From assembly GCA_017504165.1 (NCBI GenBank), contig JAFVRR010000002.1:13374-77373 (forward strand): a DNA stretch of 64,000 nucleotides, in the 5' to 3' direction. A program made the translations under genes and the position numbers. This DNA is from Clostridia bacterium. Its GTDB lineage: Bacteria; Bacillota; Clostridia; Christensenellales; Borkfalkiaceae. Shown here piece by piece: positions 35,896-46,333 of the stretch (within the stretch, counting starts at the first letter, position 1; each line of letters begins with the position of its first letter). The notes below the pieces were generated by a model that saw only the letters and a program-made list of their open reading frames with translations, did no database searches and had not been told where the DNA came from.

Positions 35896-36871
35896 AGCAA
35901 ATTATAAAGGATATAACCGTTTGTAATAATTTTCCTAAAATAAATACTAGCGGTTTAACTTCCGCTTTTTGTAAATAGATTAAAGATTGCATTATAATAG
36001 AAATTCCGCCAAAGGAAATAAGGGCGCAAGAAAGTGGTACGGTAAGATATAAATTTTCTAGTTGAGATAGTCTTTTTATGCCGTTAGTCGCCTCGATTAT
36101 ACCTATCGTAAAAGAGTGAGAAGTTTCTTTACTTCCGCCTAAAAATTTAAATAAGAATTCAAATATTTTTTCTATTGGCGTCAATATTTTAGTGTCTACT
36201 AAAATTTCAGAAAAGACGTAAAACACGCTTATAAATCCGCCTACGATAATAGACGATATTACGGCGTTATAAATAGAGTTGTATAAGACGTTACCTTGCT
36301 CTTTATTTTTAAAGTGTGCGGTAGTTTTTATGTTTTCATCATTGCCGTAATTTCTAAATATAGTGCCGACAAGTATTGCAGATACTATATGCGAAATATA
36401 TATAATAGCGCCTATAATTTTATTGTTAAACATGCCAATACCAACCGCGCCTATGATAAAAAGCGGTCCGGAAGTCGATGCAAGTAAGCCTATTTTAGTC
36501 GATTCGCTCTTAGATATTAAATCATTAGACTTAAGGTCGTAAACAATTCTACTTCCAACGGGATAGCCCGATAAAACGCTCATTAAAAAGGTGTAGGCGG
36601 AAATGCCGTTACACTTAAAGAGAGGATAGGTTAGTTTAGTTGCCTTATTTGATATTCCGTTAAAAACGCCCGTTGCGGTGAGTAATTGCGTTAAAAAGAA
36701 AAATGGTAGTAGTGACGGAAGAACGGTAAGTCCCCACAGTTTTATTCCTTGCATCGTAGAGTTTACGTATTTATCGGGGAAAATTACTAGCATTAGCATA
36801 AAATATGCTAAAATGATTAAGACTACAAGTTTTTTTAGTCTAGTTTTTAATTTTAAATTGTTTATTTTCAT
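35870..36871 (-). CDS. ylbJ: YlbJ-like integral membrane protein (nucleoside-recognition/Gate domains)
   Basis: It is polytopic. Its position next to rsmD-coaD matches ylbH-ylbI-ylbJ in Bacillus. Its 3' end overlaps coaD by 26 nt. Confidence 0.55.
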   Translation of the reverse strand: MKINNLKLKTRLKKLVVLIILAYFMLMLVIFPDKYVNSTMQGIKLWGLTVLPSLLPFFFLTQLLTATGVFNGISNKATKLTYPLFKCNGISAYTFLMSVLSGYPVGSRIVYDLKSNDLISKSESTKIGLLASTSGPLFIIGAVGIGMFNNKIIGAIIYISHIVSAILVGTIFRNYGNDENIKTTAHFKNKEQGNVLYNSIYNAVISSIIVGGFISVFYVFSEILVDTKILTPIEKIFEFLFKFLGGSKETSHSFTIGIIEATNGIKRLSQLENLYLTVPLSCALISFGGISIIMQSLIYLQKAEVKPLVFILGKLLQTVISFIICSILCRFFL

Positions 36872-36901
36872 AGTAAAATATAGTAGAAAAAGGGAAATAT
36901 T

Positions 36902-38212
36902 ATGTATACACTTTTTGATATTGAAGAAAATAAAGATAATAAAAAAGCACCGCTTGCCGAAAGGATGCGCCCGGAAAGTATTAGGGGTTTTTTAGGACAA
37001 GCCGAAATAGCCTCGGACGGCAGTCTACTTCGTAGAGCGATAATGTTAGATAGGTTAGGTAGTTGCATTTTTTGGGGTCCTCCGGGCACGGGTAAAACTA
37101 CTCTTGCTAGAATTATTGCAAACTCTACTAGCGGTAATTTTATTCAATTAAACGCGGTAACTAGTGGCGTTGCAGACGTTAAAAAGGCGGTTGAAGAGGC
37201 ATCTTTTAACTTTAAAGCAAAGGGCAAAAAGACCTATTTGCTTTTAGACGAATGCCACCGTTTTAATAAGACGCAACAAGATAGTTTGCTACCGTCTATT
37301 GAAGATGGCACTATAATTTTTATAGGCTCTACAACGGAAAATCCTTACGTTGCAATGACGCCCGCTATAGTTTCTAGGTGTAGAATTTTCGAGTTTAAAA
37401 GTTTAACGCAAGAAACTATTGAAAACGCCTTAAAAAAGGCGATAACCGATACGAAAAAAGGGTTAGGCGAACTAAACGCGGTTGTCGAAGAAGATGCAAT
37501 AAAACACATTGCAAATATCTCCGCAGGCGATTTAAGAACGGCTTACAACGCCCTTGAACTTGCCGTTTTAACTACGCCTATATCTTCCGACGGCGTTTTA
37601 AGAATAACGTTAAAAGACGCCGAACAGTCCATTCAAAAAAAGGCTTTAAGCGTTGATGAAAATCAATATTATCACATTTTATCGGCATTTTGTAAGAGTT
37701 TAAGGGGTAGCGATAGCAACGCCGCTATGTATTATAGCCAAAGGCTTATAAAGGCTGGTTGCGACCCGCTTATAATCGCTAGAAGGCTTATAGTTCACTC
37801 GGCGGAAGACGTTGGCCTTGCAGACCCTAACGCGTTAGTCGTAGCGACAAGCGCTTTGACCGCCCTTCAAAATATCGGCGTACCCGAGGGGTTAATACCT
37901 TTATCGGAAGCGATTATTTACGTTTGCGAAGCGCCTAAATCTAACAGCGTAGTAGTTGCGCTAGGGGAGGCGTCGTCCGATGCCGAAAATATTAAAGACG
38001 ATGAAATTCCCGCGCATTTAATAAATCCCGTATATTTAAGTAAAGAAGATAAACTTAAAAGCGCGGAATACAAATATCCGCATAGTTACGGTGGTTGGGT
38101 AGAGCAACAATATCTACCTAATAAACTTAAAGGTAAAACATACTATAAACCGACCGATAACGGCTTTGAAAAGACGGTAAAAGAAATAAGAAAAAATAAA
38201 ATGGGCAAATAA
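36902..38212 (+). CDS. rarA: Replication-associated recombination protein A (AAA+ ATPase)
   Basis: Walker A is GPPGTGKTT and Walker B is LLLDECHRFNK. The C-terminal MgsA-type region is present (SDSNAAMYY). Confidence 0.9.
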   Translation: MYTLFDIEENKDNKKAPLAERMRPESIRGFLGQAEIASDGSLLRRAIMLDRLGSCIFWGPPGTGKTTLARIIANSTSGNFIQLNAVTSGVADVKKAVEEASFNFKAKGKKTYLLLDECHRFNKTQQDSLLPSIEDGTIIFIGSTTENPYVAMTPAIVSRCRIFEFKSLTQETIENALKKAITDTKKGLGELNAVVEEDAIKHIANISAGDLRTAYNALELAVLTTPISSDGVLRITLKDAEQSIQKKALSVDENQYYHILSAFCKSLRGSDSNAAMYYSQRLIKAGCDPLIIARRLIVHSAEDVGLADPNALVVATSALTALQNIGVPEGLIPLSEAIIYVCEAPKSNSVVVALGEASSDAENIKDDEIPAHLINPVYLSKEDKLKSAEYKYPHSYGGWVEQQYLPNKLKGKTYYKPTDNGFEKTVKEIRKNKMGK

Positions 38213-38224
38213 TTCATATACAAC

Positions 38225-38253
38225 TTGACTATATTAAGTATATATGTTAAAAT
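38225..38253 (+). promoter_or_regulatory. Putative promoter of the Wzz / BY-kinase operon
   Basis: -35 TTGACT, a 17-nt spacer and -10 TAAAAT. Confidence 0.4.
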
Positions 38254-38344
38254 AATTAAAGTATATAAAGTTAAAGGCGTAAATTTCTAAAAATTGTTAC
38301 CTGAAGTGTAAAAACGCTGTTTTAATAATTGTTAGAGGTAAAAA

Positions 38345-39148
38345 ATGGAAGAAAAAGTAGAATTAGAAAAAACCTTGAATTTTGCCGATATCGTAAACGT
38401 TATTAGGGCAAGATTTATATGGATAGTTCTTATTGTAGCCGTTTGCGTAGCGGTGGGTTTCGTGTATATTTCGTTATTTCAAAAAACGACCTATACTGCG
38501 TCTAGTTCAGTTTGCGTTCAAGCAAAAGACTATATTTATACCGATAGCGACGGTAAGGAAACGACTACTAACGTTGCAGAGCATACTAAGTATCAATATT
38601 CTGCGCTTATCGCTCCTGAATATGAAAAGGTTTTAAAAAGCAACGATATAGCAAGCGCTATCAAAAGCCAAGGCATTGATTTAAACGTTTCGGGCTTGTC
38701 GTTTAAGTTTACGGAAAATTCCGCATTCTTTGAAGTATCTTATACTTACAAGGCGCACGGCGGTGACCAAACTATAATTAAACGCCAAATTTCAAACGCT
38801 TTAAACGAATATATTAAAAAGAGTATTGAACTTATCGACGAAGAGGGTAGCGTTTATCCTGAATACCTTAAAAACAAACTTATCAACTACTCTTTAGCAT
38901 CTGAAAATAACGTTTCGGTTAATAGCGGAACTACTAAAACTTTATTTCTTGCAATTTTAATAGGTATCGTTTTATCCGCGGTACTCGTAATTGTTTTATA
39001 CTTTACCGACAACACTATTAAAGGTAAAGAAGACGTTGAATACCTTACGGGTATCGGCAACTTAGCGGTAATTGATTTATACGCTAACCAAATCGTCACT
39101 GAAAAAGCAAATTTAGAAAAGGCAGTTGAAGTAGGAGGGGATAACTAA
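38345..39148 (+). CDS. Wzz/CpsC-type chain-length determinant (transmembrane modulator of the BY-kinase)
   Basis: Two TM helices flank an extracytoplasmic domain. The gene is immediately upstream of, and abutting, the kinase gene. Confidence 0.75.
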   Translation: MEEKVELEKTLNFADIVNVIRARFIWIVLIVAVCVAVGFVYISLFQKTTYTASSSVCVQAKDYIYTDSDGKETTTNVAEHTKYQYSALIAPEYEKVLKSNDIASAIKSQGIDLNVSGLSFKFTENSAFFEVSYTYKAHGGDQTIIKRQISNALNEYIKKSIELIDEEGSVYPEYLKNKLINYSLASENNVSVNSGTTKTLFLAILIGIVLSAVLVIVLYFTDNTIKGKEDVEYLTGIGNLAVIDLYANQIVTEKANLEKAVEVGGDN

Positions 39149-39885
39149 TGTTTGGAAAGAGAAAAAATAAAGAAAAACTTAGCAACAACACTCCTAAAAT
39201 AATAGTAGGTCAAAAGACGGGTGAAAGTGAAAGTTACTATAGGCTTAAAGATAATATTTTATATTATTCTGACAGCGGTAAGAACAAAGTTTTCCAAATA
39301 GAAAGCGCAATTTCGGGCGAGGGTAAATCAACGGTTATTATAAACCTTGCGGTTGCCCTTGCTAATAGCGGTAAAAAGGTCGCTTTATTAGACCTTGACT
39401 TTAGAAGACCTCAAATCCACCGTTCTTTTGAAATAGTTAACGTAAACGGCATTGCCGAATATATGCTTAACGAATGCACTAAAGAAGAACTTATTAAGCA
39501 CACTACTTACGGTGTCGACGTTATTAACCGTGGTAAAGCGACTCAAAACGCATCAATTATCTTTACGTCTGATAAATTTAAAGAACTTATTGACGATTTA
39601 AGGGAAGAGTACGACGTGGTGCTTTTCGACTGTCCGCCCGTATTAATGGTTTCCGACTATATTCACATTTCTAAATTGTCAGACGCGGTAATTTACGTAG
39701 TTTGCGCAGGGGTTACTCTTCGCAATCACTTAAAAGAAGCGATTGAACTTTTAAAGCGTAACAACGTTAAAATTTTAGGTACTGTACTTACTTATAAAAA
39801 CCTTAGAAAAGTTAGTTCTAGATACGGTAAGTATTATGGAAATAGATACTACCGTAGCGTAAAAGACAATTATATGGACTTATAA
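39148..39885 (+). CDS. Bacterial tyrosine-protein kinase (CpsD/CapB/PtkA type)
   Basis: Walker A is SGEGKST, A' is LDLDFRRP and Walker B is VLFDCPP. A C-terminal Tyr cluster reads YGKYYGNRYYRSVKDNY. Confidence 0.85.
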   Translation: MFGKRKNKEKLSNNTPKIIVGQKTGESESYYRLKDNILYYSDSGKNKVFQIESAISGEGKSTVIINLAVALANSGKKVALLDLDFRRPQIHRSFEIVNVNGIAEYMLNECTKEELIKHTTYGVDVINRGKATQNASIIFTSDKFKELIDDLREEYDVVLFDCPPVLMVSDYIHISKLSDAVIYVVCAGVTLRNHLKEAIELLKRNNVKILGTVLTYKNLRKVSSRYGKYYGNRYYRSVKDNYMDL

Positions 39886-39886
39886 T

Positions 39887-40582
39887 ATGATAGATATACA
39901 TTCTCACATTTTACCAAACGTTGATGATGGGAGTGATAGTTTAAAGACTTCTCTTGCTCTTGTAATTGACGAAATTAAAAACGACGTAGACAAAATCATT
40001 TTAACTCCACACAATAAAAGCGGTCGTTACGATATGCCTAAAGAAGAATTGATTAAAAGGTTTAATGCTTTTAAGGGTGAAGTAGAAAATAATAATTTAA
40101 ACGTCAAATTATATTTAGGTCAAGAAGTTTACGTTTGTGACGAGTTTTATAAGAAACTAGAAAATAGCGAATTATTGACTATAAACGATACTAAATACCT
40201 TTTTATTGAGTTCAACTACTATATGGAAACGGATATAGTTAAACACGTTGCTAGCATTATAAAAAGGGGATACGTTCCCGTAATTGCTCACGTCGAAAGG
40301 TATGAGTATTTGGATTGGCATATTTTGTACGACCTTAAAATGATGGGCGCGCTCATTCAAATAAACTCTTCTTGCTTTATAGGCAACAAGAATAAAAGGT
40401 TGTATCAAAACGCAATAAACGCAATTTCGGAAAACTGCGTAGACTTTATTGCAAGCGATATTCACGCAAAGAGAAAAACTTATTTTAAAAAGGCGTATAA
40501 AAAAATATCTAAAATTTTTGGCAAAGAAGTTGCGGATAACTTATTTACTAATAACGCGGAAAAATATTTCAACTTAATTTAA
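39887..40582 (+). CDS. PHP-family protein-tyrosine phosphatase (CpsB/YwqE type)
   Basis: The N-terminus is MIDIHSHILPNVDDG, with downstream TPH and SDIH metal motifs. Confidence 0.85.
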   Translation: MIDIHSHILPNVDDGSDSLKTSLALVIDEIKNDVDKIILTPHNKSGRYDMPKEELIKRFNAFKGEVENNNLNVKLYLGQEVYVCDEFYKKLENSELLTINDTKYLFIEFNYYMETDIVKHVASIIKRGYVPVIAHVERYEYLDWHILYDLKMMGALIQINSSCFIGNKNKRLYQNAINAISENCVDFIASDIHAKRKTYFKKAYKKISKIFGKEVADNLFTNNAEKYFNLI

Positions 40583-40619
40583 AATCGGTAAATTTTGATT
40601 TACCGATTTTTTATTTTTT
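40581..40619 (+). terminator. Intrinsic terminator
   Basis: AAAATCGGTAAA pairs with TTTACCGATTTT and is followed by a T-run. Confidence 0.75.
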
Positions 40620-40638
40620 CTTTGCAAATACTAATAAA

Positions 40639-41409
40639 ATGAGAAAAAGATACGGTTTAGCGCTAGGCAGTGGTGGCGCGAAAGGAGTTGTGCATATAGG
40701 TGCTCTTCAGGCGTTGCACGAAGAAGGTATAAAGTTTGACGTAACCGCGGGTACTAGTATAGGAAGTATAGTTGCGGGAATGTACGCTTTAAACTATTCC
40801 GCGCGCGAGATGATAAACGTTATAGAAGAGATGAGTTTTACAAAGAGTGGGTGGCTAATCAATATGAAGTTTAAAAACCTTTCGCTTGAAGATAAACTTA
40901 AAGAAGTTTTAGGCGAAAAGAGTTTTAGCGACCTTAAAATTCCGTATAAAGCGGTTGCGACCGACGTCGACACGGGCGAAGAAGTTGTAATTGATAAAGG
41001 CGATTTATGTAAGGCTATGGCGGCGTCGTCGGCAATTCCCCCCGCGTTTAAGCCCGTAATAATAGACGGTAGGCGGTTAATCGACGGCGCTTTTACTAAT
41101 TCTATCCCTGCCGACGTCTGCAAAAAAATGGGCGCAAATTACGTTTTAGGCATAGACTTAAGTGGTGAAAATCCTATGAATTTTTCCGCGGTTTCAGTGC
41201 TCAATTTATTTTATAAAGAGCATAAGATAAAAAAGGGTAGTAGAAGTTATAACGGATATCGGTTTGCCGACGTTATAATCGCGCCCGACCTTAGAAAATA
41301 TAAACTTTTTAATATGGGCAACTCTAAAGTATTGTTTGATATAGGCTATACCCTTGTAAAAAACAATATAAATTTTATAAAAGAAAGGTTAAAACTTCAT
41401 AGAAAGTAA
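40639..41409 (+). CDS. Patatin-like phospholipase
   Basis: It has the GSGGAKG oxyanion motif, the GTSIGS nucleophile motif and the DGAF catalytic Asp. Confidence 0.85.
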   Translation: MRKRYGLALGSGGAKGVVHIGALQALHEEGIKFDVTAGTSIGSIVAGMYALNYSAREMINVIEEMSFTKSGWLINMKFKNLSLEDKLKEVLGEKSFSDLKIPYKAVATDVDTGEEVVIDKGDLCKAMAASSAIPPAFKPVIIDGRRLIDGAFTNSIPADVCKKMGANYVLGIDLSGENPMNFSAVSVLNLFYKEHKIKKGSRSYNGYRFADVIIAPDLRKYKLFNMGNSKVLFDIGYTLVKNNINFIKERLKLHRK

Positions 41410-41431
41410 AGTTAAATCATATATTAAGGTT

Positions 41432-42391
41432 ATGAAAAAACTAATTAGAATAACCGCTTGGATACTCTTTTTTACGGTGATTAGTTTAACCTTTGTAATA
41501 CCTAAAACTAGCAGTGCAAAAATAGATAAAGAAAGTGGATATAAAGCCGTACTTAGCATTTGGCAAATAGACAGTTTTGAAGGGGGAAAAGGGAGCAGGG
41601 CGTCCTTTTTAAAAAGAGTTTCCACTAGTTTTTCTAAAAAGTATAAAGGGGTGCTAACGTTAGTTACTTCGCATACGGTAAATAGTGCGAAAAAAGCGCT
41701 AGAGGAAGGGGCTAGTCCCGATATAATTTCTGTGGGCGCGGTGGGCTTAGACTTTTCTACTTATCAAAAGGAAGTTGGTAATTTAGCGGTTGAAGGCGGG
41801 GGAATACTAGGCAAGGAAAGGTATTTCGTTCCGTGGGCTAAAAGCGGATATTTTAAAATTAAAAAAGGCAACGGCGAAAAGGTTATAGTAAGCGAAGGAA
41901 ATTATAATTCGGGCGCTATCGCGTTAGCCTTATCTAACCTTACTTTTAAAAGTTATAAACTTTTAAATACCATAGACGCGTTCAATGAATTTTTAATATC
42001 TAAAGACGCAACGCTTATAGGTACGATGCGCGACGTCGTTAGGCTTAGCAATAAAAATATAGAATGCGAAATAGAAGTTTTAGGTAATTTTAACGACCTT
42101 TATCAGTACGCTTTAATAACTTCTAAAAATAGCGTTTACTACTCTAGATTGTTTATTGATTATTTGCTGTCAAGTAAAGTACAAAAAACGCTAACTGAAA
42201 TATCTTTATTATCCGTAAGCGAAAGGGGATTATATCCCGATATTATAGCCTTTGCTACTTTAGAAAAAACTAAAACTACCTATACGGTTTCTCCATTTTT
42301 AGACGTAAATACGATAGAAAAATTAAAAGAATTAGCAAAAGAAGTGTTAAATGGCGTTAAAGAGAAAGAAGAATTAATTAAACACTTGTAA
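41432..42391 (+). CDS. Secreted or membrane-anchored protein, weakly solute-binding-protein-like
   Basis: An N-terminal hydrophobic signal or anchor is present. I recognise no confident family motif. Confidence 0.35.
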   Translation: MKKLIRITAWILFFTVISLTFVIPKTSSAKIDKESGYKAVLSIWQIDSFEGGKGSRASFLKRVSTSFSKKYKGVLTLVTSHTVNSAKKALEEGASPDIISVGAVGLDFSTYQKEVGNLAVEGGGILGKERYFVPWAKSGYFKIKKGNGEKVIVSEGNYNSGAIALALSNLTFKSYKLLNTIDAFNEFLISKDATLIGTMRDVVRLSNKNIECEIEVLGNFNDLYQYALITSKNSVYYSRLFIDYLLSSKVQKTLTEISLLSVSERGLYPDIIAFATLEKTKTTYTVSPFLDVNTIEKLKELAKEVLNGVKEKEELIKHL

Positions 42392-42426
42392 AATCGTTGT
42401 AAATGTTGTAAAATAAGGAGAAGGAA

Positions 42427-43308
42427 ATGAATAATAATATAAACTACCAAGACTTAACTTCTATCTTGCTTGGGCTTGACGTAAAGTATGACTACTCGCT
42501 TAAAAGTTTAAACAGGTACGGCACGGGGGGAAATGCCAAGGCGGTAGTGTTCCCTAGTAGCAGTGAAGAATTAAAATACGCGGTTAATACCCTAAAGGGT
42601 AAAGTTCCTTACTGCGTGATTGGTGGCGGAAGTAATTTATTAGTTTCAGACAAGGGCTTTGACGGCGTTGTTATTTCCACTTTAAAAGTGAATAGAATAG
42701 ACCTTAAAGGCAATTTGTTAACGGCGGATTGTGGCGCAAAAATGGGCGCGGTAATAAAAGAAATGCAAGACAATTGCTTTAGCGGTTTAGAGTTCAGCAT
42801 AGGTATTCCCGCAACGGTTGGAGGCGCGGTTGCAATGAATGCAGGTTGCTACGGCAAAAGCGTTTCAGAAACGGTTAAATACGTCGTAACGGAAACGGGC
42901 GTTTATACTAATAGCGAGTGCGAGTTCGGTTATAGAACTAGCCGTTTTTTAAAGGGCGAAACTATTCTTAAGGTATGTTTTTCTCTAGAGCCTAGCGAAG
43001 AAGACGTAATTGAAGAGAAGATTAAGTCGTATAAAGGTTTTAGGAAAAACCCTAAAGGTAAAAGTTGCGGTTCAGTTTTTAAAAACGACGGATACTTTGC
43101 AGGTAAAATTATAGACGAAGTAGGTTTAAAAGGCTACGCTATCGGCGGGGCTAGGATTTCTAGCGAGCACGCTAATTTTATAATTGCTAGCGATAACTGT
43201 TCAGCGCTTGATATTTATAAATTAATTAAGTACGTAAAAGAAAAGGTTTACGTGAAAAAGCAAATAGAACTTTTAGAAGAAATCGTATATCTTGGAGAAT
43301 TTGAATGA
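42427..43308 (+). CDS. murB: UDP-N-acetylenolpyruvoylglucosamine reductase
   Basis: An FAD-binding domain is present (GGGSNLLVSD). C-terminal motifs SCGSVFKN and ISSEHANFI follow. Confidence 0.9.
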   Translation: MNNNINYQDLTSILLGLDVKYDYSLKSLNRYGTGGNAKAVVFPSSSEELKYAVNTLKGKVPYCVIGGGSNLLVSDKGFDGVVISTLKVNRIDLKGNLLTADCGAKMGAVIKEMQDNCFSGLEFSIGIPATVGGAVAMNAGCYGKSVSETVKYVVTETGVYTNSECEFGYRTSRFLKGETILKVCFSLEPSEEDVIEEKIKSYKGFRKNPKGKSCGSVFKNDGYFAGKIIDEVGLKGYAIGGARISSEHANFIIASDNCSALDIYKLIKYVKEKVYVKKQIELLEEIVYLGEFE

Positions 43309-44084
43309 ACATTACGGTAGATTACCATACTCATACCACCTATAGCCACGGTAAAGGCAGTATTTTAGATAACGCTTTATCTGCAAAGGAAAGGGGACTA
43401 CGCGAAATTGCCATAACCGACCACGGATACGGACACCACGCATTTGGTATAAAGCAAAAAAAACTTCCCGAAATGAAAGAAAACTGCAAAAAAGCGGAAG
43501 AAATTACGGGGGTTAAAGTCTTACTTGGCGTAGAGGCGAATATTTTGGGCATTAGCGGAAAAACGGACATGAAAGTTGAAGATTATAATATTTTAGACGT
43601 TTATCTTGCGGGGGTGCACAAATTTATTTTATACGATAGGTTTAGTGAGTGGTTTAAACTTTACGGCGCAAATTTATATAATAGGACTTTTAGAAAGGAC
43701 AAGCCGTCTAAAAGTTTAATTAAAAGAGATACCGAAATTTATATAAACGTTATTAAAAACAACCCGATAGATATATTAGCGCACCCGGGCTATTGCTTTT
43801 TTGCCGATATGGTAGAAGTTGCAAAGTGTTGCGCGGATTATAATACTTTATTTGAAATAGATGCTAGAAAAACTCATTTATCGGACGAAGAATGGTTAAA
43901 AGTAGCGGAAACGGGCGCTAGGTTTATTATCGATAGCGACGCGCACCACCCAAGTAATATCGGCGTTATATCGGGTGCGGAAGAAATGATTAAAAGAACG
44001 GGTTTCCCAGTAGAAAAAATAGTAAATTTAAACGGAAATATGCCAACTAATCTCCGTTTTAGCGAGTATAAAAAGAGTTTATAG
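43305..44084 (+). CDS. PHP-domain phosphoesterase
   Basis: It has DYHTHTTYSHG, ITDHG and a late DSDAHH metal-ligand motif. Confidence 0.75.
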   Translation: MNITVDYHTHTTYSHGKGSILDNALSAKERGLREIAITDHGYGHHAFGIKQKKLPEMKENCKKAEEITGVKVLLGVEANILGISGKTDMKVEDYNILDVYLAGVHKFILYDRFSEWFKLYGANLYNRTFRKDKPSKSLIKRDTEIYINVIKNNPIDILAHPGYCFFADMVEVAKCCADYNTLFEIDARKTHLSDEEWLKVAETGARFIIDSDAHHPSNIGVISGAEEMIKRTGFPVEKIVNLNGNMPTNLRFSEYKKSL

Positions 44085-44093
44085 GAAAAATTT

Positions 44094-45023
44094 ATGACTT
44101 TTTCGGAAATGACTAAAAACGAAATATTATCAAAAAAGGACAAGCAACCTTGTTGTTTAGTTGCCTCGCTCTCTGCATTTATTAGGAGTGCGGGCTCTTT
44201 AAGCGTGCAAAGGGGAATGGTCGGTTTTGAAGTCGTTACCGAAAACGAAGAGGCAATAAAATTTTACGCCGAAATTATAAAAAACATTTACGGCGAAAAT
44301 CCTATCGTTGAAATTTCTAAAAAGCATAAAAAACACAAACTTTCGCTAATATCGCAAAGAAGTACGGAAATGCTCATTGACCTTGACATTTTGTCGGCGG
44401 ATAAAAACGGCATTACCGTCAATTTTAATCTAAACAAGTATTTAATAGAAAACGAATGTTGCAAGCAAGCCTACGTTTCGGGCGCGTTTATAGGAAACGG
44501 CTCGGTAACCGTGCCTAAAGATGAAAAAAATAGTACCACTAGTTATCATTTAGAGTTTGTTTTTTCTAAATATCAAACGGCGTTAGACTTTGCTAATCTA
44601 TTATCTGAAAAGGGCTTTTTCCCAAAGTATATAGATAGAAAGGAATCGTGCGTGGTGTACTTTAAAAACGGCGACGAAATTAGCGAACTTTTATTTTATA
44701 TGGGCGCAACAAAGGCTTGTTTCGACCTTAAAGATATAGTAATTAAAAAGGAACTTAGAAACGAAACTAATAGGCGCATAAACTGCGAAATGGCAAACAT
44801 TGATAAACAGGTTATTGCTGGCGAAAATCAAGTTAGAAGTATTAACGTAATTATTGATACGATTGGGCTAGATAAACTTCCTTTAAATTTAAAAGAAACG
44901 GCTTTATTAAGGCTGGAAAATCCGGGTAGTTCGCTTGAAGAATTATCTAAATTATCGGGGCTTACTAAAAGTTGTTTAAATCATAGACTTAGAAAACTTA
45001 CGGAAATTGCAAACGATTTATGA
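44094..45023 (+). CDS. whiA: DNA-binding protein WhiA
   Basis: It combines a LAGLIDADG-like core with a C-terminal HTH (SLEELSKLSGLTKSCLNHRLRKL). Confidence 0.9.
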   Translation: MTFSEMTKNEILSKKDKQPCCLVASLSAFIRSAGSLSVQRGMVGFEVVTENEEAIKFYAEIIKNIYGENPIVEISKKHKKHKLSLISQRSTEMLIDLDILSADKNGITVNFNLNKYLIENECCKQAYVSGAFIGNGSVTVPKDEKNSTTSYHLEFVFSKYQTALDFANLLSEKGFFPKYIDRKESCVVYFKNGDEISELLFYMGATKACFDLKDIVIKKELRNETNRRINCEMANIDKQVIAGENQVRSINVIIDTIGLDKLPLNLKETALLRLENPGSSLEELSKLSGLTKSCLNHRLRKLTEIANDL

Positions 45024-46333
45024 AATTAACTGACGGCGTAAAGCAAATTATAGAAAAACTTAATAATTCGGGCTATGAGGCGTACGCCGTAGGCGGTGCG
45101 GTAAGAGATAGTTATTTAGGTAACGCTCAAACGGACGTAGACGTTACTACTTCCGCCACGCCTGATGAGATGTATAACGTGTTTAGTGGGTTTAAAATTT
45201 ACCCAACGGGGCTTAAACACGGCACGCTTACCATTAATTCTTTAGGGGAAATGATAGAGGTTACTACCTTTAGGTGCGAAGAGGGGTATTCCGATAATCG
45301 TAGACCGGATAAAGTAACTTTCGTTAAGAATTTAACTGAAGATTTAAAGCGCCGTGACTTTACCGTTAACGCAATGGCGTATAGTGACAAAACGGGGCTT
45401 ATAGACCTTTTTGACGGCGTAGGCGATATTGAAAGAAAAGTCATTCGCGCGGTGGGTAATCCCGAAGAGAGATTTAACGAAGACGCGCTTAGAATACTCC
45501 GCGCGTTAAGGTTTGCATCTAAACTCAATTTTGAAATAGAAAGCGAAACGGAAAAGGCTATTTTTAAAACTAAAGATTTACTTAAAAAGGTCTCTAAGGA
45601 GAGAATTTACTCTGAACTTATTAAAATTTTAATGGGTGACGGAGTTGAAAGGGTATTATTAAAGTACAAAGAAGTTATCTTTACTATTATTCCAAAATTA
45701 AAAGATGGCGACGAGTTTGACCAAAAAAACAAATACCACGTATACGACGTGTACACGCATATAGTTAAGAGTATTGCAGGTGCTAAAAAGAACAAAAACG
45801 CAAGACTTGCCCTTCTTCTTCACGATATAGGAAAGCCCGATTGTTTTACAATTGGCGAAGACGGTGTAGGACATTTTTACGGTCATCAAAAGCGCAGTTC
45901 TATCCTTGCGGAAGAGATTTTAAAAGATTTAAAAGTGGACAACTTTACTATTAAAAGGGTCGTTGATTTAGTTTATCTTCACGATACGAGAACCGACCTT
46001 AGTAGGGCGGACGTTAAAAGGTTTTTAAATAAGTACGGCTTTGACTTGTTAGTCGATTTATGCGAAGTTAAAATTGGGGATGCGATAGCGCACAATCAAG
46101 TATATATCGGGAAAAGAATAACTTCTATTGAAGAACTTTTAAAAACCGCCAAAGATATAATTGATAAAAAAGAATGCTACACTTTAAAAGACTTAAAAAT
46201 CAACGGTAGCGACCTTAAAAAATTAGGCTATAAAGGTGAAAAAATAGGCGAAAAATTAAATAGGATTTTAAACGACGTTATAGAAAATAAATTAGAAAAC
46301 GATAGGGAAATATTGTTAAATAAAGTAAAATGA
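45020..46333 (+). CDS. cca: CCA-adding tRNA nucleotidyltransferase with an HD domain
   Basis: It has GGAVRD, DVDVTT and RRDFTVNA motifs, and an HD motif (LLLHDIGK). Confidence 0.85.
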   Translation: MKLTDGVKQIIEKLNNSGYEAYAVGGAVRDSYLGNAQTDVDVTTSATPDEMYNVFSGFKIYPTGLKHGTLTINSLGEMIEVTTFRCEEGYSDNRRPDKVTFVKNLTEDLKRRDFTVNAMAYSDKTGLIDLFDGVGDIERKVIRAVGNPEERFNEDALRILRALRFASKLNFEIESETEKAIFKTKDLLKKVSKERIYSELIKILMGDGVERVLLKYKEVIFTIIPKLKDGDEFDQKNKYHVYDVYTHIVKSIAGAKKNKNARLALLLHDIGKPDCFTIGEDGVGHFYGHQKRSSILAEEILKDLKVDNFTIKRVVDLVYLHDTRTDLSRADVKRFLNKYGFDLLVDLCEVKIGDAIAHNQVYIGKRITSIEELLKTAKDIIDKKECYTLKDLKINGSDLKKLGYKGEKIGEKLNRILNDVIENKLENDREILLNKVK

